A program made the translations under genes and the position numbers. From positions 1 through 34,372 of IMG/VR virus record IMGVR_UViG_3300048851_000204: a stretch of 34,372 nucleotides of DNA; one strand, written 5' to 3'. The notes under the pieces are model-generated. The model was not told the origin of the DNA. It was given only the letters and a program-made list of their open reading frames with translations, and did no database searches. Below are positions 26,090-34,372 of this stretch, one piece after another; position 1 is the stretch's first letter; each line of letters opens with the position of its first letter. This DNA comes from a virus. Taxonomy: Duplodnaviria; Caudoviricetes.

Positions 26090-27513
26090 TATGCACCTTC
26101 CCTGGAACTGTAGAAATCGCTGCCGCGGACGGCTGAGTTTGCACCGAAGAACCAGCCGAGAGCCTTGCCCGAGGGGCCGCTGCGGCGCTTGGGAACGAGG
26201 AACTCGACCTTGTTGCGCACGGCCTCCATGTCGGTCCGCCAAGCCTCGTATTTGGGCCCGAACTGGTCCTCTGGTTCCTGCTTCTTCAGGTATTCTTCCT
26301 CGCGGTAGACGAAGAGGATCACGTCGGCGTCCTGCTCGATCTGGCCGCTGTCGCGCAGGTCGGACGGCATGGGACGCTTGTCCGGACGCTTTTCGACGTC
26401 GCGGCTGAGCTGCGCCACCGCCATCACGACGAGGCCCTCGGACTTGGCGAACTGCTTGAGCCCGACGCTGACCTCGCTCGCATGCTCGTACGGCGACATG
26501 CCCTTGCGGCTGTGCGCCATGAGCTGGAGGTAATCGACGACGACCAGTTCGAGCTTCTCGCCCTTGGCGGCAAGCTTGCGCTTGTGGCTGCGCGCCTGGC
26601 GGATCAGCTTGGCCAATGTCAGGCCAGACGTTTCGTTGATCTCGATCGGCAGTTCGTCGAACCGCGCCTTGGCGGCCATCATCGCGCCCATCTCGTGCGG
26701 CCGTACCGTCCCGTCGCGCACGTGCTCGTATGGTACGCCGCCCCGGGGCGAGAACGTCATGTCGGCGAGCATGCGGCGGGTGAGTTCGTCGGCGCTCATC
26801 TCGAGTGAGAAGATCAGGACGCCGTGTCCCATGCCGGCCGCGCCGATCGAGTACGACGTGACCAGCGATGTTTTGCCCATGCCGGGACGACCGCCGACGA
26901 CGACCAAGTTCGACGGCCGCAGCACGCCGATCGCGCCGTCGAGCGAGTTGATGGTCCCGCAGCGGACGCCGATGATCGGCTTGCCGAAGCTGTCGATGAC
27001 CGCCTGCGCGTACTCGCCGACAGATGCCTGTGCGGTGACGACCTGCTCGGCGAGTTCGGCGACCGCCTCGTCCGCGTCCGAGATCAGTTCCTCGCGGCTG
27101 ACCGACAGGTTGCGCGCCGATGCGACAACATCCTTGAGGCCTGCGACCATCCGGCGCCGGCTCGACAGCATGGTGATCTGGTCGAAGTACGCCTTGGTGC
27201 GCGCCTTAGGCCCTGCGTTAAGGTTGGCAGCGGCCAGCACCGAGTAAGCACGCGGCCATTCGCCATCCTCGGCAAAGTGCGGCGCCAGCGTCACCACGTC
27301 GACCGCCCCGGCCGCCGACTGCTCCAGCATCTTGCCGTAGATCCGGCCGTACAGCGGAACCGAGAAGTCTGCGGGGCGGCAACGATCGGCCACCTCGTCG
27401 ATTAGCTTGTTGTTCGCCAGCAGGTCGCCGAGAAAGCCGATCTCCGCCTCGACGTTGTAGAGCGGGCTGGAGGTCTCCGCCGTCGCGAACTGCTCCTCGA
27501 ACGCGCCGCTCAT
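26089..27513 (-). CDS. dnaB: DnaB-like replicative helicase
   Basis: GGRPGMGKTS, FSLEMS, VVDYLQL, AQLSR and SDLRDSGQIEQDAD motifs. ATG at 27513 is coupled to the primase gene. Confidence 0.95.
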   Translation of the reverse strand: MSGAFEEQFATAETSSPLYNVEAEIGFLGDLLANNKLIDEVADRCRPADFSVPLYGRIYGKMLEQSAAGAVDVVTLAPHFAEDGEWPRAYSVLAAANLNAGPKARTKAYFDQITMLSSRRRMVAGLKDVVASARNLSVSREELISDADEAVAELAEQVVTAQASVGEYAQAVIDSFGKPIIGVRCGTINSLDGAIGVLRPSNLVVVGGRPGMGKTSLVTSYSIGAAGMGHGVLIFSLEMSADELTRRMLADMTFSPRGGVPYEHVRDGTVRPHEMGAMMAAKARFDELPIEINETSGLTLAKLIRQARSHKRKLAAKGEKLELVVVDYLQLMAHSRKGMSPYEHASEVSVGLKQFAKSEGLVVMAVAQLSRDVEKRPDKRPMPSDLRDSGQIEQDADVILFVYREEEYLKKQEPEDQFGPKYEAWRTDMEAVRNKVEFLVPKRRSGPSGKALGWFFGANSAVRGSDFYSSREGA

Positions 27514-28505
27514 GCCCGGATGCCCCGGAGCTGGTCGTTCCAGTCCTTGAAGCCCTCGGCAGGCCACATGATCCGGGTTGCGTAGCCGCGCTCGATCAGC
27601 TCCTCCTCGGCCTTCTCGACGGCGACACGGCCCGCGGCGTCGTTCTGTCCGGCGATGACGATCGAGACGATGCGACGCGGATATTCGATATGCGGCATCA
27701 TAGCGGTGCCGAGGGTCACCCAAACCTCAGCGCCAAGCTCCTGCGCTAGCGAGAGTCCATCCTCGGGGCCCTCCGTCACGATCAGCTCGTCGCCTACGCT
27801 GTCGGCGTCCGAGTTGATTCGCAGCGCGCCGCCCTTGATCCTGCCCAGGCTGCGCTTGGGCTTCTCCATACGCGCCTTCTGCTTCCCACCGTCGGCGAGG
27901 AAGATGCGCTGCAGACCGATCAGCTGATCGTGGCCATCGACCACGGCACCGACAAGCGCGGGCAGATCGGGACCGCACTCGCCGGTCGCGTCGTCGTACC
28001 ATGCCGGCGTCTTCGCGAACCGAATGGTATGCGGGATCGGCATGATGATGCCGCGGGCGCGTAGGTAGGTCTCGGCGGGCGTGCCGGAGGCAGGTACCGC
28101 CTTCTCCCAGACCAGCCGTGCGCGATCGATGGCGCGTTGCCGATCGCCCTCGTCCTCCGCCGCCGCCTTCGCGCGCTGTGCCGGATCCACGCCGGGCAGG
28201 CTCGCAGCGCCCAGCCACTTCATCGCGTCGAGAAAGCCGAGGTTCTCGGTCTTCATTACATACTTCACGATGTCGCCGGACGCGTTGCACCCGAAGCAGT
28301 GGTACGTGCCCTTCGCATCATTCAGCTGCATCGATGGCGTGCGTTCGTTGTGAAAGGCGCAGAGGGCGCGCTTCTCGTTCTTGCCGGCGCGCACGACCTT
28401 GCGAGTGCGGGCAACGACATCGCTGATGTTGTAGCGCTGCTTGGCCTCGTCGACCGCTTGGCGGAAGGCTGCGTCACGCTCTGCACGGTCTGCGGAACGG
28501 CTCAT
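27510..28505 (-). CDS. DNA primase (CHC2 zinc finger plus TOPRIM)
   Basis: LCAFHNERTPS...YHCFGC..SGD, YLRARGI, TEGPEDGLS, NDAAG and KDWND motifs. Confidence 0.92.
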   Translation of the reverse strand: MSRSADRAERDAAFRQAVDEAKQRYNISDVVARTRKVVRAGKNEKRALCAFHNERTPSMQLNDAKGTYHCFGCNASGDIVKYVMKTENLGFLDAMKWLGAASLPGVDPAQRAKAAAEDEGDRQRAIDRARLVWEKAVPASGTPAETYLRARGIIMPIPHTIRFAKTPAWYDDATGECGPDLPALVGAVVDGHDQLIGLQRIFLADGGKQKARMEKPKRSLGRIKGGALRINSDADSVGDELIVTEGPEDGLSLAQELGAEVWVTLGTAMMPHIEYPRRIVSIVIAGQNDAAGRVAVEKAEEELIERGYATRIMWPAEGFKDWNDQLRGIRA

Positions 28506-28972
28506 TGTCCCCTGCCCTTCTCGGCTGCGATCATCTCAAGCCAGTGGCAGGTGATCGCATGCGCCCGGCGGATCAGCGCTTCGTGCGGCGCGACTTCCTC
28601 GACCGTCGTTTGGCCGTCGAGTTCGGCACGGATGATCGAGGGCAGCAAGGTCGCCAGCGTCACCGATGCGGGATCGTCGCCTGAGCAGACTGAACCGGCA
28701 TCCGCCCAGCGCCCACCGACCAGTGCGAGCAGCGGATCCGCGAACCGTCCGCCCCATTCGTGGCAACCGGCAAGGAACGTCGGCAGGTCAATCGGCGATG
28801 CGGTGTTGGCATAGGCCGCCGCACGGTCCTCCGACTTGCCCAGCACGCGGCCCATATCGCCCCAGGTCGCGCCGTCGTCGGTCTTGATCGACGTGATGAC
28901 GGCGTTCTGCGTATCGACCGCGGCTGACGCGGAGAACGTACGACGGCGTCCGTGGATGTACGGTGCGTTCAT
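28502..28972 (-). CDS. CII-position regulatory / hypothetical protein
   Basis: Downstream of cro. HTH-like TWGDMGRVLGKSEDRAAAY. Coupled to the primase gene. Confidence 0.55.
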   Translation of the reverse strand: MNAPYIHGRRRTFSASAAVDTQNAVITSIKTDDGATWGDMGRVLGKSEDRAAAYANTASPIDLPTFLAGCHEWGGRFADPLLALVGGRWADAGSVCSGDDPASVTLATLLPSIIRAELDGQTTVEEVAPHEALIRRAHAITCHWLEMIAAEKGRGQ

Positions 28973-28989
28973 GCGGCAAATGCCTCTGC

Positions 28990-29223
28990 ATGGTGAAAGA
29001 CAGGAAAGCGCGGCAGCGGATCGACCTTACGGTCATCGCGATTGCCAATCTGATCGCGGCGGTGACGGACGCCATGCGCAACGCCGACCTCGGCAACGAC
29101 GTCGTGCATAAATTCCTCGACGAGCTGGATCATCTGAACTGGATGACGATCCACGGCACGCCGCAGCGGGTGCTCAACGATATCATCGAGGTCGTTCGCG
29201 GTACGGTGCCGGTCAATGACTGA
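28990..29223 (+). CDS. Hypothetical helical protein (77 aa), antisense to the early-right operon
   Basis: Protein-like amphipathic sequence (IDLTVIAIANLIAAVTDAMRNAD...FLDELDHLN) with GC-ending codons. Confidence 0.5.
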   Translation: MVKDRKARQRIDLTVIAIANLIAAVTDAMRNADLGNDVVHKFLDELDHLNWMTIHGTPQRVLNDIIEVVRGTVPVND

Positions 29224-29451
29224 GGGTGGGGTGACCGCAGGCATCTTGGAGAGCGCGATCACCCCTGCATCCGTCGCACCGCGTGAGGCGCGCACAGTCG
29301 CTGGTATGGGGTGGGTGAACCAGCCGCGTGGATGTTGCGGGCTGCATGCACCGCATGGCTGGCTCGCGCCAACGGGCATCAATGCACACAGAGATCGGAC
29401 AAAACGATCACGGAAAGTCATGAGCGCTGCCCTCCGAAGGCAGAGGCCGGG

Positions 29452-29712
29452 TCACGCCGCGATATTCGCGTCGGAAGGCGAGGCATGTTCGATCGGATAT
29501 AGGTCGGGGCGGAGATCATGGCGGCTGCCGAGCCCCGCCCGTTCGGCCTTCAAGACGTACTCGCCAGGAAGCGGCCGCGCGTTCTTAAGCCAATACGAGA
29601 CTAACTGTTGCGATGTGCCGACCGCCGCGGCGAAGCGGGACTGGTTGTTGCCAGCTTTGGCCACTGCCCGCTTCAGTGCGGCGTGGAGGCATTTGGGAGA
29701 TGGCTCGCTCAT
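29452..29712 (-). CDS. cro: Cro-like repressor (YdaS family)
   Basis: ALKRAV..AG.NQS.FA.AVG.SQQ.VS.W HTH and RHDLRPDLY. Divergent from cI. Confidence 0.9.
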   Translation of the reverse strand: MSEPSPKCLHAALKRAVAKAGNNQSRFAAAVGTSQQLVSYWLKNARPLPGEYVLKAERAGLGSRHDLRPDLYPIEHASPSDANIAA

Positions 29713-29720
29713 AGGCCAAC

Positions 29721-29789
29721 CCCCTACAGAGGTCTTGTAGCTCGTGCAACAAGAGTTTTGTAGCACTCTCCCGACAAGATTGTTTGTAG
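29721..29789. promoter_or_regulatory. OR operator cluster with PR
   Basis: CTACAGAGGTCTTGTAG (29724-40), CAACAAGAGTTTTGTAG (29747-63) and CGACAAGATTGTTTGTAG (29772-89). Minus-strand TTGCAC-N17-TAGGGG lies just before cro. Confidence 0.8.
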
Positions 29790-29800
29790 GGTTGCGAGCG

Positions 29801-30514
29801 ATGACGGACAAGCCAGACAGAAAACTGCCTGTAGACGCAGCCGGGTTCGCCGCATGGATTAAAGCGGAGCGTGACGCGCGTAATTGGTCGACGCCGGTCT
29901 TAGCGGAGCGCGCCCGCGCTTTCGCTCGCGCCGACGGGAGCATGATCGCGCTGACGCAGCAGACGATATCCGGTTTCGAGCAAGGCCAAGCGAAGCGTAT
30001 CCCGCAGTGGATCCGCTACGTGCGAGAAGCATTTGAGAATGACGGCGCGTTGCCTAGCGCGTTAGAGGCAGAACAGCCCAAGATGCACACCGCAGACGGC
30101 GGGGAGACGGTCGAGATCACGAAGCTCGATCTATCCTTGCCGATGGGCCCGGGCGCAACGGTAGACGACTACATTGAGGAAGAGCCGGTGCTGTTCGACC
30201 TAGGCTATGTGCGCGGCTTCACTCGCACACCGCCCCACCGACTACGCATCGCGCGAGGCGTAGGCGACAGCATGTTTCCGACCCTCAACAGCAATGACCT
30301 GGTGTGGATCGACAGCACGCAAACGCGACTCAATCAGCAGGACCGGGTTTGGGCCGTGTCGATCAACGGTGCCGCTGCCATCAAACGCTTGCGATCTCTT
30401 AGGGATAGCCGCGTGATGGTGATTTCCGACAACCCGGCAATCGACAACTACGAGGTCGATGGTGACGAGATCATGATCGGCGGGCGTGTGATCCGGTTTG
30501 CGAGGGATTTGTGA
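29801..30514 (+). CDS. cI: CI-like repressor (HTH plus S24 peptidase)
   Basis: N-terminal HTH (LTQQTISGFEQG), putative MGPG cleavage region, GDSM.PT catalytic Ser and IKRL Lys. Confidence 0.92.
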   Translation: MTDKPDRKLPVDAAGFAAWIKAERDARNWSTPVLAERARAFARADGSMIALTQQTISGFEQGQAKRIPQWIRYVREAFENDGALPSALEAEQPKMHTADGGETVEITKLDLSLPMGPGATVDDYIEEEPVLFDLGYVRGFTRTPPHRLRIARGVGDSMFPTLNSNDLVWIDSTQTRLNQQDRVWAVSINGAAAIKRLRSLRDSRVMVISDNPAIDNYEVDGDEIMIGGRVIRFARDL

Positions 30515-31020
30515 GTAAGCAGCGCTCAATTCCGTTAATGAATCCACATGAATTATTCAGCCACGCGAATGATTTTTGGGACGCGGCTGACCGACTGGTC
30601 CCAAAATTTCCACAAAACCCGGCCCCAGGCGATCAGGTAAAGCGCTTAGCTTTTGCACCACATATTACGTGCATAGCTTTTGCGACAGAAATCTACCTAA
30701 AATGCTTGTTGCGGATCGAGACCGGGAAAAATGCTCCTAACGGCCACAATCTAAAGCTACTATTTAACCGGCTATCGGCTCAAACAGTGGAGCGGCTGGA
30801 ACGGGATTGGAAGTCACATCCTGCGGCCGTACATTATAATACGGCCATTCGGCTCCCGCTTGGTCTCAAGCAAGCATCAATGCTAGATGCTCTTGAGGAA
30901 AGTGCAGGCGCATTCGAAAACTGGAGATATTCGTTCGAAAGCGACCCCGGCTCTTGGACAGCCTCGCCAGCGGTTCAAATAATTCAGAAGCTAATAGAGG
31001 AGCGCTTAGAGATTAGCTAA
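30511..31020 (+). CDS. HEPN-like domain protein in the rex position
   Basis: AFATEIYLK, GHNL..LF..L and F..WRY motifs. Visibly AT-richer than its neighbours. GTGA coupling with cI (alternative ATG at 30538). Confidence 0.65.
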   Translation: MSKQRSIPLMNPHELFSHANDFWDAADRLVPKFPQNPAPGDQVKRLAFAPHITCIAFATEIYLKCLLRIETGKNAPNGHNLKLLFNRLSAQTVERLERDWKSHPAAVHYNTAIRLPLGLKQASMLDALEESAGAFENWRYSFESDPGSWTASPAVQIIQKLIEERLEIS

Positions 31021-31240
31021 CCGTCTCAGACTCCCACATACCCAACTCATTGAATTCAAACACGATGGTCTTGGCGGAGGATGCACCGTCCGGTACGTAT
31101 TCAATAACGAGACCGCCGCCTTCGAAGCGACCTCGCTCCACCTCAGCGCCCTCGAAGCGAACAATGCGAGCGCCGATTAAATCGGCCGGCACCGGCTCAC
31201 CTGGTCTAAACAGGCCCGGAAGAAGGGGCTCGCAAATCAT
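31013..31240 (-). CDS. Hypothetical beta-rich protein (75 aa)
   Basis: MICEPLLP...LIGARIVRF...GGLVIEYVP....IVFEFNELGMW. Convergent with the HEPN-like gene. Start uncertain. Confidence 0.5.
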   Translation of the reverse strand: MICEPLLPGLFRPGEPVPADLIGARIVRFEGAEVERGRFEGGGLVIEYVPDGASSAKTIVFEFNELGMWESETVS

Positions 31241-31265
31241 AGTAGGCAAGCATACAGCTGTACAT

Positions 31266-31439
31266 GTGGTTAGACAATTGTCCCTCGCGATCGTCGACAT
31301 AGACTACCCCAACAAGCGGGGACTTGGCCCACGGTTCGAGCCAGAGCTATGCCAGCCGGGTGAGCCGATCGAACTGCGCCCCGAGCCCAACAGTCAGTTC
31401 GACGAGGACGCAATCGCGATATCCAACTTGGCTATCTAG
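31266..31439 (+). pseudogene. Truncated HIRAN-domain remnant
   Basis: LSLAIV..DYPN...RF....C.PGEPIELRPEPN...DEDAIAI matches the HIRAN N-terminal half, but it stops before the IGY motif. Confidence 0.6.
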
Positions 31440-31474
31440 CGGTTAACAGCGCGGTCTCCCGAGCGCCGCAGTCG

Positions 31475-31804
31475 TCACGCCGCAATTCTCATATCCTGCG
31501 AGTGATCATAGGCGACTTGTTCGCACTGATCGATGTGCGCCATCGCCCTCCCCCGTTCCTCCGACGCGATCCAAAGGAGCTTCTCGATACGATCGAGTAG
31601 ATTTTCCGCCCACACACTATTCAGCAGGAACTGCGGATTGTTCACCCGGTCCTTCGCCTGCGTCACCATGTCCTCCACAGTGCTGAGCAGCACGGTCAAA
31701 TTCAGCACGCAGCCGCGGACATCCTCGATCGGCGAGCTGATCTCCACCAGCGGAAAAGGGGTGATGCACATCACCGTCGTTGTGGTATTGTGAGTCGAAG
31801 CCAT
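31475..31804 (-). CDS. Hypothetical protein downstream of the antirepressor
   Basis: GGAGGA RBS. Preceded by hairpin AACGGCGC...GCGCCGTT (about 31835-31866). Confidence 0.65.
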   Translation of the reverse strand: MASTHNTTTTVMCITPFPLVEISSPIEDVRGCVLNLTVLLSTVEDMVTQAKDRVNNPQFLLNSVWAENLLDRIEKLLWIASEERGRAMAHIDQCEQVAYDHSQDMRIAA

Positions 31805-31871
31805 GGTCGTTCCTCCAGTGCGATAGTGGTTAGGAACGGCGCGGGGTGGGCAAACCCAGCGCCGTTCTGCT

Positions 31872-32456
31872 TTAGGCGGCTTTCCGCATTTCCGGCGTAC
31901 CGACAGTGATCGTCACGCTGCCGGGCGGGTTGTCGCGATCGAACATGTCGCCTTGCGAGAAAACAGACGCCATCGCAGGCACCCATTCCAGATCGACCTT
32001 CCGCCACATCTGCTGTCCAGCGCGCTCGCCGAACAACCGATGGCACATGTTCACTTTGCGAAGCTTGAGCGAGTCCATCATCTGGAGGTCGTCGGTCATG
32101 CCGGGCACGGCGTCGGGTACATCGACAGACCCGCCCGAGCGAAGCTGCGGCAGAACCTCGCTCGTCACCCACTTGCGAAAGCGATGGGCGACCGTCCCAG
32201 GTTTTGTTGCATCGCGACTACGCAGGATCAGGGTGTAAAGCCCGGACTCCGAAACGACGATGACATCGCCCTGACGCCCTATGTTAAACATAGACCGTTC
32301 GTCAGGATCGAGTGGCGCGACAGCCTGCGTCACGTTTTTGATGCCGTGGATTGCGCAGACATCGACTGCTACGAACCAGGGTTTGCCGCTGCGTTCGATT
32401 TCGCGAACCGTGTGCTCGCCTTCGAATAGGAAAGGCGTTATGCGTCCGTTTGTCAT
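31872..32456 (-). CDS. BRO-N domain antirepressor
   Basis: F.FEG...VR.....PWFVA.DVC, SESGLY.LI.RSR and F.KWVTSEVLP.LR..G motifs. Confidence 0.93.
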   Translation of the reverse strand: MTNGRITPFLFEGEHTVREIERSGKPWFVAVDVCAIHGIKNVTQAVAPLDPDERSMFNIGRQGDVIVVSESGLYTLILRSRDATKPGTVAHRFRKWVTSEVLPQLRSGGSVDVPDAVPGMTDDLQMMDSLKLRKVNMCHRLFGERAGQQMWRKVDLEWVPAMASVFSQGDMFDRDNPPGSVTITVGTPEMRKAA

Positions 32457-32479
32457 AGGTGCTTCCTTTGATGAGGCGT

Positions 32480-32668
32480 TCAGGGTTGGGTTTGGCGATT
32501 TGACCCTGACGCCGTTTCCGCGGCCATGCCGCGTTTGATGAGGAACAGCAGTTCCCCGTTCAGTGGCCGGCAGTTTTCTGCCGCCCGGTCTTCAAGCTCA
32601 TGCTTCATGCCATCGGGCATCCGCACCAGCACGCGATCCCACTCGCGGATCGGCTTGCTCACTGTCAT
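32480..32668 (-). CDS. Arc-family ribbon-helix-helix repressor
   Basis: VLVRMPDGMK..L..RA.EN.R.LN.EL. AGGGG RBS. Confidence 0.88.
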   Translation of the reverse strand: MTVSKPIREWDRVLVRMPDGMKHELEDRAAENCRPLNGELLFLIKRGMAAETASGSNRQTQP

Positions 32669-32691
32669 AGTCCCCTGTATTGCGCCGCTAG

Positions 32692-32754
32692 GTGCCACGG
32701 CATAGCCTTGTTGCCACGCAACGTGGCAACGGTCAACGACCGTGTTGCCACACG
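32692..32754. promoter_or_regulatory. Arc/Mnt-type operator region between divergent RHH genes
   Basis: Perfect palindrome GTTGCCACG-CAA-CGTGGCAAC (32710-32730), flanking TGCCAC half-sites, and minus-strand TTGACC at 32731-32736. Confidence 0.75.
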
Positions 32755-32788
32755 ACGCTTTTTCTCGAATTATTGTGCTAGGCGACCG

Positions 32789-33181
32789 ATGACCGACCCG
32801 ATCAGAGTCCGCGATATGGAGCGGCTGGTACTCCGCATCTCGCCCAATCTCCGGGAGCTTCTGGAGACGCGCGCGAAGGTCAACGGTCGATCGATGAATG
32901 CTGAGGCCGCAGCCATCTTGGAGCAGGCGCTTGATGCAGGGCCCGCTGCGTTGATCAGCAGGGCGCTAACTCAGTACCACCTCCTCAGCAGGAGGATAAG
33001 CAGCACGGAAGAGCGGCGTCAGTATCTTGCCGCCCAGCGCGACGAATTACGATCTGCAATAGTAGAACTGATGCCTGATGAGCGAGCTGCGGACGCTCTA
33101 ATTAGAGGATACGAGGCCGATCGCGCTAAGGAAGATGCGACCGCGCGGGGGCATGATTTGCGGGACGTGATGGAGGGCTAA
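32789..33181 (+). CDS. Arc/Mnt-family repressor with C-terminal coiled coil
   Basis: LVLRI...LRE.L..RA..NGRSMNAE...ILE.AL motif. Confidence 0.88.
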   Translation: MTDPIRVRDMERLVLRISPNLRELLETRAKVNGRSMNAEAAAILEQALDAGPAALISRALTQYHLLSRRISSTEERRQYLAAQRDELRSAIVELMPDERAADALIRGYEADRAKEDATARGHDLRDVMEG

Positions 33182-33303
33182 CCCACCCGCCCCCGGCAAA
33201 TCCAATGCGCCTTCAGACCACTGCCTCCTGCAACACGAGGTTCCCCGGCTTCACGTACCCATGGCGGCGAGCCGGACCGAACCCGGGACGATTGAGAAGC
33301 ATC

Positions 33304-33347
33304 CTACAAAAGTCTTGTTGACTTAATCTACAGATGTTTTGTAGAAG
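33304..33347 (+). promoter_or_regulatory. OL operators and PL promoter
   Basis: CTACAAAAGTCTTGTTG (33304-20) and CTACAGATGTTTTGTAG (33328-44) match the OR consensus CTACA-N7-TGTAG. TTGACT at 33318 and TAGAAG at 33342. Confidence 0.8.
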
Positions 33348-33394
33348 GCTCACGCAGACAGCGACGCTCGGGTCGCACTGCGGGAGACGCCAAG

Positions 33395-34294
33395 ATGGCA
33401 ACGCAGCTCAAACACACCGATTTCGCATACACCCCAGCGCCGACCCCGCGCCCGAACATCCGGGTCGCCTTCATCGCAGGCGAGGCGGCCACCGCAGTTC
33501 ACGACGCGATGGCGAAACTGCCGGCGGACACTCGCGACGGCACACTGGACGACCTGGTTTGGGACCAGGGGGTCGCAGATCCGGCGGACGTGCAGATCCT
33601 GCAGAGCATGACCTGCTCGCTGATCGAGACGGCGCGCGAGCTGCTGTCGCCGGCGATGTACACGGCGTTTCTAAGGTGGGGTGAGACGGCGTCGCACGCC
33701 TGCTCATTCTGCACGAGCGATGATGATGGAGATGCGCGTTGCGCTGCGACGGCGGAGGCCAGAGGCCTCGTTAGCGACATCACCGCCGAGAACGTGCACG
33801 ACCTGCTCTTCACGACGCTGCTCGCGTGCATCGAGACCGCAGATGCGCCGGCGTTCGGGCCGTTCGACCGCAAATACGGCGAGTTCGACGTGAATGGAGG
33901 CGACCTGCTCGCCGGGCTTAGCAGGGACCTGCGCAAGTTCTCGCCGATCCCTGACCTCGTCAACGAACTGAGTTCGCGCGCTTGGAAGGCGTCGAAGTGC
34001 AGGCTGGCGATCTCGGCTGAGGTTGGCCGGGCGATCACCAGCGCGTTCAGCTTCGCACGGGGCGAAGACGTCGCTCACCTCGACACGAGCGCGTCGGAGC
34101 TGGTGATGGACGGCTACGATCGCTTCATGCGCGGCCCGCTAATCCAGTGGCGTCGCGCGTACGACAGCTACCGGGAGATCAAGACGGAAGCCGACGCGTA
34201 CTACAAGGACGTCGTGCTGCCAGCCGATGAGCGGTTTCAAGCGGTTAGGGGCAAGTGGCCGACCGACTACGACTTCACGAGCGATCCGGTAGCC
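33395..34294 (+). pseudogene. First early-left gene (hypothetical), interrupted by an IS
   Basis: GGAG RBS downstream of PL. The reading frame runs into the IS end at 34295. Confidence 0.6.
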
Positions 34295-34372
34295 TGTGGA
34301 TCGGCGTGGAAAAAGGACCCCGGTAGCGGGGTGATCGGCGTCGAAAAAGGACCCCTCATTCCGTTGGTCTAA
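34295..34372. mobile_element. Terminal end of an IS21-family insertion sequence (partial)
   Basis: Begins with TG. Tandem 23-bp repeats GATCGGCGT(G/C)GAAAAAGGACCCC at 34299-34321 and 34333-34355 are typical of IS21 multi-repeat ends. No transposase lies in the window. Confidence 0.75.

Noticed and set aside
30511-31020. Classical MNT-HEPN toxin-antitoxin pair
   Set aside because: No neighbouring ORF carries a GS..(D/E).D nucleotidyltransferase motif.
1-34372. tRNA/rRNA genes, integrase and att sites
   Set aside because: None were recognised by eye. The prophage ends appear to lie outside the window.

Overview
The window is most of a lambdoid, HK97-like temperate siphophage (prophage). The host is probably an alphaproteobacterium such as Sphingomonas (inferred from high GC and gene content, not verified). 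Most genes lie on the minus strand. Reading from the right end: an IS21-like end interrupting the first early-left gene; PL with two operators; an accessory immunity interval (P22 immI-like arc/mnt/BRO antirepressor module, HIRAN remnant, HEPN-like gene); the cI/cro switch with three operators; a cII-like gene; primase, DnaB helicase and an initiator with internal iterons; a NusG-family antiterminator; an Excalibur moron; HNH, cos region, terminase, portal, protease and capsid; a head-fibre/depolymerase pair; neck and tail genes with a -1 frameshift chaperone; a tail glycosidase-like fibre; and a lysis cassette (holin, TIGR02594-like endolysin, nested spanins). The most unusual element is a ~710-bp non-coding, highly structured array of five related hairpins between holin and endolysin, which includes a duplicated endolysin leader. 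All product calls come from motif recognition and synteny; no database search was run.
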